Shown here piece by piece: positions 26,377 to 35,335 of a DNA stretch of 64,000 nt. The position numbers were made by a program, and so were the translations under genes. How positions within the stretch are numbered: position 1 is the stretch's first letter; the number at the start of each line of letters is the position of its first letter. The notes beneath the pieces are model-generated. The model did no database searches, was not told where the DNA came from, and was given only the letters and a program-made list of their open reading frames with translations. The DNA comes from Rhizomicrobium sp. (GTDB lineage: Bacteria > Pseudomonadota > Alphaproteobacteria > Micropepsales > Micropepsaceae): the NCBI GenBank assembly GCA_050728995.1, contig JBOHKH010000012.1, positions 1,152 to 65,151 on the forward strand, given 5' to 3'.

Positions 26377-27879
26377 TTGCCGACGATTTCAAGACCGAAA
26401 TCCATTCTTCCGGCGGCAATCCTTCGCATCGTGTCGCCCGCGGGTGACAGACGCATTCGTCTGCCGGCTGCAGCCGGGCCGCAAACGGCGGCGGCCGGGC
26501 CCCCTTTCTTTGGCGCGCGTTCATTGGCCCTCGCAATTCTGCTGGTGGGCTGTGCCATTTCGCTCGCCCTCAACTGGCCGGGCCAGCTGTCTTACGATTC
26601 GGTCGTGCAACTGCACGACGGGCGAACCGGCCATTACAATGCGTGGCACCCGCCCGTCATGGCGTGGATGTTGGGCGTCGCCGATTCGCTCCTGCGCGGA
26701 ACCGGACTCTTCATACTTTTCGACACGCTGGTTTTTTTCGCGAGCATCGGGTCGCTCCTGTGGGTGACGCGGCGCCCGTCACGGGCCGTGGCGGGTCTCG
26801 CGATCCTGTGCGCAGCGCTTCCGCAAGTGGTGCTCTATCAGGGGATCGTCTGGAAGGACGTTCTCTTTGCCGATGCTGCAGTCGCCGGGTTCGTCCTCCT
26901 CACCCATTCGGTTGTTGCGTGGCGTAGTACCGGCTGGCGCCGGACATTTCTCACGGGAGCGTTTGTCTGCTTCGCGCTTGCGACGCTGGTGCGCCAGAAC
27001 GGCTTTGTGGTGCTTCCGTTCGGAGGGATCGCGGCCCTGCTGGCGGCGCGAAGTTGCGGGCTGAGCTGGAAGCGCGCCATCGCGATGGCGGCCGGCGCGA
27101 CCGCAGCGACGGCGGGCGTCGCCGTTCTTGCGAGCGCCGCGCTCACAACCCGCACCGTGGGCGCCCCCCAACCCGCAGGACAAATACGGCTTCTGCAGCT
27201 CTATGATCTGGCCGGAGAAGTCAAAACCGATCCGGCGCTGAAGCTCGAATTGCTCGCGCAGACCGACCCCCGTCTTTCATCGCTGATCCGCACCGACGGC
27301 GTGCGTCTTTACACGCCGGTGCGCAACGACACGCTTTTTGCGTCCGCGCGCCTGCAGCAGGCTCTTGCCGATGCGAGCCCGGCTGCCGTCTGGTCGCAAT
27401 GGAAAGGCGTGCTTCTGGCGCATCCCGGGGACTATCTGCAGACGCGAACGCGAGACTTTTCCTGGGTTTTTGCAACGCCGCAACTCGGGCAATGCATGCC
27501 CTACTACACCGGCGTAACGGGGCCGCCGGCGGACTTGCGCGATCTCGGTCTGCGGACGCGATTCCGGCCGCAGGACAGGGCGCTCGCCGGCTATGCCGCA
27601 TTGTTCGCCCCGACGCCCCTGTTCTCGCACGTGCTTTACGCGTTCCTTGCGCTCGCAGTTCTCGCATTCCTTCTTTGGAGGCGTCGGCCCCCCGACATCC
27701 CGGTGGCATGTCTGCTCGGCGCCGCTCTCGCTTTCACGCTGAGTTTCTTTGTCATTTCGATCGCCTGCGACTACCGATATCTGTTGTTCCTGGATCTCTC
27801 GGCGCTGGTGGGCCTTTTTTACTGCGCGGCTAGTGCCGGCGGAGCGGCCGAGGATCGGTCGAGCTTTACAGCACCGTGA
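26377..27879 (+). CDS. polytopic membrane protein, unknown function (start uncertain)
   Basis: ~12 hydrophobic segments and an early loop SYDSVVQLHDGRTGHYNAWHPP. Divergent from the fusion synthase. Start is TTG 26377 or GTG 26431. Confidence 0.65.
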   Translation: MPTISRPKSILPAAILRIVSPAGDRRIRLPAAAGPQTAAAGPPFFGARSLALAILLVGCAISLALNWPGQLSYDSVVQLHDGRTGHYNAWHPPVMAWMLGVADSLLRGTGLFILFDTLVFFASIGSLLWVTRRPSRAVAGLAILCAALPQVVLYQGIVWKDVLFADAAVAGFVLLTHSVVAWRSTGWRRTFLTGAFVCFALATLVRQNGFVVLPFGGIAALLAARSCGLSWKRAIAMAAGATAATAGVAVLASAALTTRTVGAPQPAGQIRLLQLYDLAGEVKTDPALKLELLAQTDPRLSSLIRTDGVRLYTPVRNDTLFASARLQQALADASPAAVWSQWKGVLLAHPGDYLQTRTRDFSWVFATPQLGQCMPYYTGVTGPPADLRDLGLRTRFRPQDRALAGYAALFAPTPLFSHVLYAFLALAVLAFLLWRRRPPDIPVACLLGAALAFTLSFFVISIACDYRYLLFLDLSALVGLFYCAASAGGAAEDRSSFTAP

Positions 27880-27983
27880 TTCTTCCTTAAGCGAAGTTGG
27901 ACCCCACGGCCGACGCGTTGGGATTTTGTTCACTATCGTCGTGTGAAATCGCGCGCTTGCCCCCGGGACGCCGAGGAGATCAC

Positions 27984-29114
27984 ATGTCCGTTCGCGCGTT
28001 CGTCGCCCCGCCGCCCGTTGCCGATGCACAGCCGGCGTTGCTGAGCGTCATCGTTCCCACCTTCAACGAAGCCGGAAATGTTCGCGAAATCGTAACCCGG
28101 CTCGATCGCGTGCTCTCCGGCATCGCCTGGGAAGTGATTTTTGTCGACGACGATTCGCCCGACGGCACGGCGCGCACCGTGAAATCCCTGGCCGCCGAAG
28201 ATCCGCGCGTGCGCTGCCTCAAGCGGCTCGGACGCAGGGGTCTCGCCGGCGCCTGCACCGAGGGCATGCTGGCGTCGAGCGCGCCCTTCGTTGCGGTGAT
28301 GGATGCAGACCTGCAGCACGACGAAACCATTCTGCCCCGCATGCTGGCTGCGCTGACGGCCGGCTCGGCGGACCTCGCAGTCGGCAGCCGATACGTCGAC
28401 GGCGGCAGTGCCGTCACGTTTTCGGCCGACCGGGCACGCTTCAGCCGCGCCGCGACCGGCCTTGCCCGCCGGCTCCTCGGTGTCGAGCTCGCAGATCCGA
28501 TGAGCGGCTTTTTCATGCTGAAACGCGAATCGCTCGACGAGATGGCGGGCGATCTGTCTCCCGTTGGCTTCAAAATTCTCCTCGACATCGTGCTCACTGC
28601 AAAGCGCCGGCTCCGGGTCGTGGAAATCCCTTACGAATTTCGCGCGCGCCGGCACGGGCAAAGCAAATTCGACGCCGCAATCGGCTTCGAATTCGTTGGG
28701 CTGGCACTTGCGAAGATGACCGGCGGAGTCATCGGCCCCCGTTTCATCTCCTTCGGACTGGTCGGCACGACGGGACTTGCCGTTCATCTTCTTGTCTTGC
28801 GGCTCGCCCTGGCCGCGTTCGCGCTCGGTTTTCCAGTGGCGCAAAGCGTGGCGACGTTCGTCGCCCTGCTCAGCAACTTCCTGCTGAACAATTTTCTCAC
28901 CTATCACGATCGCCGGCTCACCGGAAAAGGGCTGATCTTTGGTTTTGCGGGGTTCTGCCTGATCGGCTCGGTGGGTGCCCTCACCAATGTCGGCCTCGCA
29001 TCCTGGCTTTATTCGCGCGAGCCCACCTGGTGGCTGGCGGGAGCTGCCGGCGCCATCATGGGCGTGCTTTGGAACTACTCGATGTCGAGCCAGTTCGTCT
29101 GGCGCACGCGCTGA
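27984..29114 (+). CDS. polyprenyl-phosphate glycosyltransferase (GT2, Dpm1/ArnC-like) fused to a C-terminal GtrA-like domain
   Basis: GT2 motifs SVIVPTFNEAGN, FVDDDSPDGT and VMDADLQHD, then four TM helices ending FLLNNFLTY...WNYSMSSQFVW, typical of GtrA. ATG 27984 chosen. Confidence 0.85.
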   Translation: MSVRAFVAPPPVADAQPALLSVIVPTFNEAGNVREIVTRLDRVLSGIAWEVIFVDDDSPDGTARTVKSLAAEDPRVRCLKRLGRRGLAGACTEGMLASSAPFVAVMDADLQHDETILPRMLAALTAGSADLAVGSRYVDGGSAVTFSADRARFSRAATGLARRLLGVELADPMSGFFMLKRESLDEMAGDLSPVGFKILLDIVLTAKRRLRVVEIPYEFRARRHGQSKFDAAIGFEFVGLALAKMTGGVIGPRFISFGLVGTTGLAVHLLVLRLALAAFALGFPVAQSVATFVALLSNFLLNNFLTYHDRRLTGKGLIFGFAGFCLIGSVGALTNVGLASWLYSREPTWWLAGAAGAIMGVLWNYSMSSQFVWRTR

Positions 29115-29148
29115 GCGTCCATTATCGTCCCGCGGCGTTCGCGGAGTG

Positions 29149-29922
29149 ATGGGGCGCGTGACCCCACGACATATTTTGATTACGGGCGCCAGCAGCGGTA
29201 TTGGCGCTGCGCTGGCACTGGCCTATGCGGGCGATGGGATGCGATTGTCGCTCACGGCCCGCAATGCGGCGAGGCTCGAAGAGGTCGCGGCCCGGTGTCG
29301 CGCCGCAGGCTCCGATGTGTGCTTGCAGACGCTCGATATTGGCGACGGGGCGACAGTATCGGCCTGGATCCGACAATGCGACGCGCGCGCACCCATCGAT
29401 CTCGTCATTGCGAACGCGGGCGTGGGAGGCGAACGTGTGATTGCCACCGCAGCAGGCGAGCCGCTATCAGTGGCGCATGACATCTTCACGACAAACATTC
29501 TCGGAGTGGCCAACACGATCATTCCGCTGCTGCCCTGTTTCGTGGCACGGAAGAATGGCCACATCGCAATCATGAGTTCGCTCGCCGCCTTCGTCGGCCT
29601 GCCGCAGGCGCCGCTCTATTCCGCCTCCAAGGCCGCCGCTCGCACTTACGGCCACGGGCTTCGCCGCCTCCTCGCGCCGAACGGCGTTATCGTCACCGTG
29701 ATCTGCCCTGGATTTGTCGAAACCCCGATGAGTGCGACGGTCCCTGGCGGCCGGCCGTTTCTTTGGGACGCGGAGCGCGCTGCCCATCACATCGTGAACG
29801 GACTTGCGAAAGGAAGACGTGAAATAATTTTTCCCTGGCCGCTGGCCGCGCTCGCCGGGCTTGCGCACGTCCTGCCGCCGGTGTTTGTCGATTGGCTTCT
29901 CGCACGCAGGATGCACGCATGA
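29149..29922 (+). CDS. short-chain dehydrogenase/reductase (SDR)
   Basis: ITGASSGIGAAL cofactor motif and YSASKAA catalytic motif. ATG 29149 follows GCGGAG. Confidence 0.85.
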   Translation: MGRVTPRHILITGASSGIGAALALAYAGDGMRLSLTARNAARLEEVAARCRAAGSDVCLQTLDIGDGATVSAWIRQCDARAPIDLVIANAGVGGERVIATAAGEPLSVAHDIFTTNILGVANTIIPLLPCFVARKNGHIAIMSSLAAFVGLPQAPLYSASKAAARTYGHGLRRLLAPNGVIVTVICPGFVETPMSATVPGGRPFLWDAERAAHHIVNGLAKGRREIIFPWPLAALAGLAHVLPPVFVDWLLARRMHA

Positions 29923-31064
29923 ATCATTCCGGCGCGCTGCGCCTTTGCCAGCTCGCAATCCCGAAGCAGGCCAATGAGTGGCTGGCGGTTCCACACGCCG
30001 TCTATGCCGGCGATCCGAACTGGATTCCGCAGCTCAATCTACTCGAGAAGCAGCGCATCTCGCCGAAGCACGCGCCGTTCTTCACCTTCGCGGAAGCGGC
30101 GTTCTTCGTTGCCTCGCGCGGCGGCAGGCCCGTCGGCCGCATCACGGCGCAAGTCAATCATCGTCATCTCGAGACACATCGCGACAACACCGGCCATTTC
30201 GGGTTTTTCGAATGTGCCGACGATCCGGAGGCGGCCCACGCGCTGGTGGATGCCGCGACGCGATGGCTGAAGGATCATGGGCTTGCGCGGATCATGGGGC
30301 CGCTGAGCTTTTCCATCAACGAAGAGTGCGGCTGCCTCGTCGAGGGGTTCGATTCGCCTCCGGCCATGCTCATGCCCCACGGCAAGCCCTGGATGGGTCC
30401 GTTGCTCGAACAGACGGGACTTGCCAAGGAAATCGATGTCTTCGCCTACCGGACGCAACCAAGGCAGCTACCGCCGCGCATTGCCGAGCTGGCGGGCAGG
30501 GCCGAGCGCTTCCGCAACGTCAAGCTTCGGCACTTCGACATGCGCCGGTATAGGGCCGAAATCGATCTGCTCGTGGACATCTATAACGACGCGTGGAGCG
30601 ACAGCTGGGGATTTGTCCCCTTCAGCACGGCTGAGATCGATGCTTTGGCACGAGAGCTGCGCCCGTTCTTTCGCAACGAGTACGGCCGTTTCCTCCTGAT
30701 CGACGGGAAAGAAGTGGGTTTCGCGGTCGGGTTGCCCGACCTGAACGGCATCATCGCGCCCTATCGGGGGCGACTGTTTCCGGTCAATTGGGCACGGCTG
30801 ATCTGGACAATGAAACGCGAGAGCTGGCGCACCGCGCGTATCCCTTTCCTCGGTATCCGCCGCGCCTGGCGCACCACGCCGCGCGGCAGCGCCCTGGTCG
30901 TGCTGCTGGTAAAGGATCTCGTGTTGCAGGCGGCAGCGCGCTACGGGCTCGACTGGGCCGAATATTCGTGGGTGCGCGAAACCGATGCGCGCATGGTGTC
31001 GCTCGGCGAAGCCATCGCGGGTCCGCCGGCGAAAACCTACCGGATTTACGCCAAGGCGATCTGA
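29919..31064 (+). CDS. conserved hypothetical protein, GNAT-like N-acyltransferase suspected
   Basis: 381-aa ORF, ATGA-coupled to the SDR gene. Composition is globular. The GNAT assignment is a recollection of similarly starting alphaproteobacterial proteins, not a motif-level call. Confidence 0.7.
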   Translation: MNHSGALRLCQLAIPKQANEWLAVPHAVYAGDPNWIPQLNLLEKQRISPKHAPFFTFAEAAFFVASRGGRPVGRITAQVNHRHLETHRDNTGHFGFFECADDPEAAHALVDAATRWLKDHGLARIMGPLSFSINEECGCLVEGFDSPPAMLMPHGKPWMGPLLEQTGLAKEIDVFAYRTQPRQLPPRIAELAGRAERFRNVKLRHFDMRRYRAEIDLLVDIYNDAWSDSWGFVPFSTAEIDALARELRPFFRNEYGRFLLIDGKEVGFAVGLPDLNGIIAPYRGRLFPVNWARLIWTMKRESWRTARIPFLGIRRAWRTTPRGSALVVLLVKDLVLQAAARYGLDWAEYSWVRETDARMVSLGEAIAGPPAKTYRIYAKAI

Positions 31065-31165
31065 TCGTCTGTTGTTCCAGAGCCGGCCCGACGAAGGAGC
31101 GGGAGCGGACCGAAACGCGCGATACGCGCAGTAGTATTCGGACTACACCTACTCGCCCGAGCTGT

Positions 31166-32350
31166 TCAGATTTTCACGATCCAGCGGCGGCGCCGCAGGA
31201 ATTCCAGCGGAATCCACAACATCACGATAAACGCCAGCACGGGAATATTGGCCATGACCGCTGGCAGGTCCGCTTTCAGGCTCGCCTCTCCGATCGCATG
31301 CATATCCCCGGTCGCCGGCAAGAGTTGCGCCAGCCCCTGAAGAACGTAGGCGAGGAGCGCGTTGAAGCCGAATGCCTCAAGAAAAGTAACGGCCGGAGAG
31401 CGCAGGCGCCTCCGATCGACCGCCCAGTAGAAAAGGGCAAGAAGCATCAACGCGAGGCCGGTCGAGAACAGCACGTAACTACTGGTCCAGATGTTCTTTA
31501 TGATGGGAAAGAACGGACTCCAGGCGAGCCCCAATGCGGCCGACGCAACCCCCGCCAAAGCGAGCTGCAACGGCGCATTCGGCTTGTCGCGGTTTCTGAG
31601 CAGCCACTGGCCGGCTGCGGCGCCGAGCAGGCACTGGGCCATTGCGGGCAACGTGCTCAACAGGCCTTCGGGATCGTAACCTTGAGGGCCGGTCGTGAAG
31701 ATGTGAGGGCCGAGAATTGTCCTGTCGAACCACGAAACGAAATTGGCGCCTTGCACCATGAGATCTGTGGAGTGGTGCCCAACGGGCAGGAGTGTCAGCG
31801 GCCAATAAACGAGGAGCACAAGCGCCGCCAAAATCAGCCGCATGCGCATTCCGCACGACACGAACAGCAGCGCGGTCGCAAAATAACAAAGTCCGATGCG
31901 CTGGAGTACTCCCGGCAGACGCCACTCGCCGCGATCCATGTGACTGAACCAGCTAATATTCGTCAGCAGAAATCCGATCGCGAGCAGCGCCAGGGTCCGG
32001 CCGGCAATGCGCCGGAGGAGAGCGCCGTCGATCGCCGTGCGGTGCTGCAGGGATATGGCGACCGAAAATCCGGCCATGAAAATGAACGCGGGGAATACAA
32101 AATCGGCAAAGGTGAATCCCGCCCACGGCGAATGGGCGAGAAACGCAAAGTCCGGGCGGTAGCCGTAGGCATCGCGCGAAAATGCGAGAGTGTTGACGAC
32201 GATCATGCCGAGCACGGCGAACCCGCGCATCGCATCCAGAGATATTAGTCGGGGGCGTGGAATTCGGGTGGAGACGTTCGCACCCGCCGAGGCTGCCGGA
32301 AGCGGCAAAGTTACGGCATCTAGCGTGACGATCGGTTCTACAAGTTCCAT
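31166..32350 (-). CDS. membrane acyltransferase-like protein (DUF1624/DUF5009, heparan-alpha-glucosaminide N-acetyltransferase-like)
   Basis: RLISLDAMRGFAVLGMIVVN N-terminal signature followed by ~10 TM helices. Confidence 0.75.
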   Translation of the reverse strand: MELVEPIVTLDAVTLPLPAASAGANVSTRIPRPRLISLDAMRGFAVLGMIVVNTLAFSRDAYGYRPDFAFLAHSPWAGFTFADFVFPAFIFMAGFSVAISLQHRTAIDGALLRRIAGRTLALLAIGFLLTNISWFSHMDRGEWRLPGVLQRIGLCYFATALLFVSCGMRMRLILAALVLLVYWPLTLLPVGHHSTDLMVQGANFVSWFDRTILGPHIFTTGPQGYDPEGLLSTLPAMAQCLLGAAAGQWLLRNRDKPNAPLQLALAGVASAALGLAWSPFFPIIKNIWTSSYVLFSTGLALMLLALFYWAVDRRRLRSPAVTFLEAFGFNALLAYVLQGLAQLLPATGDMHAIGEASLKADLPAVMANIPVLAFIVMLWIPLEFLRRRRWIVKI

Positions 32351-32676
32351 CGGCCTCTCTCGGCGGCGGCTTCGCGACTTCCGACGCGCCGCCGACCGGA
32401 GACGATGCTACGCTGCGAAGCAATCGCCGTATTGTCGGGCGCAATCGTACGCGGCATTGTAGCGGTCATGGCTTAACGAAAGTCGACCTGGCGCCCCGAA
32501 CATCCGCCGGACAGCAAGGATCCGTGCGAATCCGAAGCACGGCGATTGTAGCCCGGTTTCGGTTTTCGCGTGCGAAATCCAACTTTTGTATAAAGTAGGA
32601 TCGAGCGCGAGCGCATTCGACCGCGAAGCGATCTGGACACCATTTTCAGATCCCGCGCAAGGCGAAAAGGGGGCAC

Positions 32677-33363
32677 ATGCTGGTACTCTCGGGCATCCTG
32701 GTGGTGGTTGCAGGATTTGTTATTCGTGCGAACCCCCTTTTCGTCGTGGCGGCGGCGGCCATTGTGACGGGGCTGGCGGCCGGGCTTCACCCGCTCGACG
32801 TACTCGCCGCCTTTGGAAAGGCGTTCAACGAGAACCGCTATGTCAGTCTGGTCTTCGTCGTGCTGCCCGTCATCGGGCTGCTGGAACGCTACGGATTGCA
32901 GGAGAGGGCGCGGATTTTGATCGCGCGTCTGCGCGCCGCGAGCCCGGGCCGCCTGCTTCTTGCCTATCTTGCACTGCGGCAGGCTTTCGCTTCTGTCGGG
33001 CTCACCGCGATCGGCGGTCACGCGCAGATGGTAAGGCCGCTCGTCGCCCCGATGGCGGAAGCGGCGGGGGAGCGGTTCGTGACCTTGGACGAGGGCGAGC
33101 GCCGGCGCATCCGCGCGCTTGCCGCATCAGCCGACAATGTGGGCGCCTTCTTTGGCGAAGACATTTTCGTGGCCGTCAGTTCCATTCTGCTCATCAAGGG
33201 ATTTCTGCAGCAGAGCGGCATAATGGTGCAGCCGCTCGAGCTGTCGCTCTGGGCCATCCCGACCGCGCTGCTGGCGCTTGGAATCCATGGAGCGCGGCTC
33301 CTGCTGTTCGACCGCAGGCTCTTGGCGGAGAGACGCGCGCGCCAAGGCGGACCCACCCGGTGA
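32677..33363 (+). CDS. DUF969 family membrane protein
   Basis: MLVLSGILVVVAGFVIRANPLFVV...NENRYVSLVFVVLPVIGLLERYGLQERA. Paired with a DUF979-like gene through a GTGA overlap. Confidence 0.75.
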   Translation: MLVLSGILVVVAGFVIRANPLFVVAAAAIVTGLAAGLHPLDVLAAFGKAFNENRYVSLVFVVLPVIGLLERYGLQERARILIARLRAASPGRLLLAYLALRQAFASVGLTAIGGHAQMVRPLVAPMAEAAGERFVTLDEGERRRIRALAASADNVGAFFGEDIFVAVSSILLIKGFLQQSGIMVQPLELSLWAIPTALLALGIHGARLLLFDRRLLAERRARQGGPTR

Positions 33364-34328
33364 TCACGCTCGAGACGGCCTATGTCTTTGCGGGCCTGAT
33401 ATTTGCGGCGTTTGCCATTCTCGATGCGCACGACCGTACCAATCCCAAACGCGCAGGAAATGCGCTGTTCTGGGCCCTCGTCGCGGCAAGCTTTCTCTTC
33501 GGCTCGCACCTCACGAATCTTGAAAACGGGATTCTGGCGATTGCGCTTGCCGTCCTTGGCGCGTCCGGGCTCCTCGGCGCGGCGCCTGACCGCTGCGAGG
33601 GCGACGCGGACAGGGCAAGGAGCGCGAAGCGTTTCGGCGATTGGATCTTTGTTCCGGCGCTGATCGTGCCGCTCACTGCGCTTCTCGGCAGTGTCGGTCT
33701 CAAGAATATCGTCATCGCCGGTAAACCGCTGATCGCAGCGCAACAGGCGACGGTAATCTCTCTGGCGCTCGGAGTCCTGATCGCCGGAATCGCAGCCATG
33801 TGGTGGCTGCGTCCCCGTCCGCTCGTTCCCTTCGAAGAAGGCCGGCGACTGATGGATGCGGTCGGCTGGGCGGCGGTCCTGCCGCAAATGCTGGCCTCTC
33901 TCGGCGCCGTCTTTGCGCTGGCCGGCGTGGGCCGCGAAGTAGGAAAGCTCGTCGCCGATTATGTGCCGCTGACCTATCCCGTCGCTGCCGTCGCCGCCTA
34001 TTGTTTCGGCATGGCTCTGTTCACCGCGATCATGGGCAGCGCATTCGCGGCATTTCCGGTGATGACGGCGGCGATCGGATTGCCGCTGATTGTGCGCAAA
34101 TTCGGCGGCGATCCGGCAATCATGAGCGCCATCGGCATGCTCTCCGGATTCTGCGGTACGCTCACCACGCCCATGGCCGCCAATTTCAATATTGTCCCGG
34201 CGGCGCTGCTCGGTCTCGACCGCAATGCCGTGATCCGGGTGCAACTCCCGACCGCTTTCCTGCTTTTGCCGTGCAACGTGATTCTGATGTATGTGCTCGT
34301 CTTCCGCTTCGGCGCGCATCTGACATGA
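33360..34328 (+). CDS. DUF979 family membrane protein
   Basis: GTG 33360 overlaps the DUF969 stop. A 322-aa polytopic protein (VITLETAYVFAGLIFAAFAILDAHDRTNPKRAGNALFW...). Confidence 0.75.
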   Translation: MITLETAYVFAGLIFAAFAILDAHDRTNPKRAGNALFWALVAASFLFGSHLTNLENGILAIALAVLGASGLLGAAPDRCEGDADRARSAKRFGDWIFVPALIVPLTALLGSVGLKNIVIAGKPLIAAQQATVISLALGVLIAGIAAMWWLRPRPLVPFEEGRRLMDAVGWAAVLPQMLASLGAVFALAGVGREVGKLVADYVPLTYPVAAVAAYCFGMALFTAIMGSAFAAFPVMTAAIGLPLIVRKFGGDPAIMSAIGMLSGFCGTLTTPMAANFNIVPAALLGLDRNAVIRVQLPTAFLLLPCNVILMYVLVFRFGAHLT

Positions 34329-35335
34329 GTTTGCTGACCGAACAGCTTGCCTCGCGGTTCGCGCAAACCGCGCTCGGCCATGTGGGCAGAGAATGGCCGA
34401 ACAAGCTCGACCATGTGCTGGCGGGCCCCGAGGACGTGCAGAGCCCGCGCGCGCTGCACCCCGTGTTTTTCGGGAGTTTCGACTGGCATTCCTGCGTGCA
34501 CGGCTACTGGCTGCTTGCGCGGCTCTATCGCCGGTTTCCGAATCTCCCCGAAGCGGCGAGCATCCGCGCGCTATTCGACACGCAACTCGCGCCTGACAAG
34601 GTCGCGGCGGAGGTGGCGTACGCGACCACACCGCAATCGCGCGGTTTCGAGCGCCCCTATGGCTGGGCGTGGGCGCTGATGCTTGCGGGCGAGTTCGCGC
34701 GTCACGAACGCGCGGAGGGGAAGACGTGGTACGCATCGTACGAGCCCATCGCCCATGCTTTCGCAGAGAAATTCAAGGCCTGGCTGCCGCTCGCGACCTA
34801 CCCGATCCGCGCCGGCGTACACGCAAACACTGCGTTCGCGCTTCTTCTCGCGCACGAGTATGGGACTGCGGCAGGCGACAATGCCCTTTCCGCATTGCTG
34901 CGCGAAAAGGCGGTTGCGTGGTATCAGAACGACGCCGATTCCCAGGTGTGGGAACCTTGCGGCGACGATTTTCTATCTTCCGCCTTGATCGAAGCCGCCT
35001 GCATGCGCGCACTGCTGGGGCGCGATACCTTCGCGCCCTGGTTCGCCGGGTTTTTGCCGGATCTGGTGCGCGGCGAGCCGGCGGCGCTTTTCAATCCGGC
35101 CTTCGTGAGCGACCGCAGTGACGGCAAGATTGCCCATCTCGACGGGCTGAATCTTTCGCGCGCCTGGTGCTGGCGCCTGATCGCCGATGCGATTGAAGAC
35201 GTCCCCACCCGCGGACGAATCGAAGAGACAATCACGCGCCATCTCGATGCCGCGCTTCCTCACGTCACCGGCGACTACATGGGCGAACACTGGCTCGCGA
35301 CTTTCGCGCTGCTGGCGCTGGATCACATAGCTTGA
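34325..35335 (+). CDS. DUF2891 family protein
   Basis: ATGA overlap with the DUF979 stop. A soluble 336-aa protein (MSLLTEQLASRFAQTALGHVGREWPNKLDHVL...FGSFDWHSCVHGYW). Confidence 0.75.
   Translation: MSLLTEQLASRFAQTALGHVGREWPNKLDHVLAGPEDVQSPRALHPVFFGSFDWHSCVHGYWLLARLYRRFPNLPEAASIRALFDTQLAPDKVAAEVAYATTPQSRGFERPYGWAWALMLAGEFARHERAEGKTWYASYEPIAHAFAEKFKAWLPLATYPIRAGVHANTAFALLLAHEYGTAAGDNALSALLREKAVAWYQNDADSQVWEPCGDDFLSSALIEAACMRALLGRDTFAPWFAGFLPDLVRGEPAALFNPAFVSDRSDGKIAHLDGLNLSRAWCWRLIADAIEDVPTRGRIEETITRHLDAALPHVTGDYMGEHWLATFALLALDHIA

Noticed and set aside
33018-34736. 572-aa minus-strand ORF across DUF979/DUF2891
   Set aside because: Arg/Ser/Ala-rich shadow ORF. The plus strand carries three overlap-coupled genes with sensible hydrophobicity patterns.
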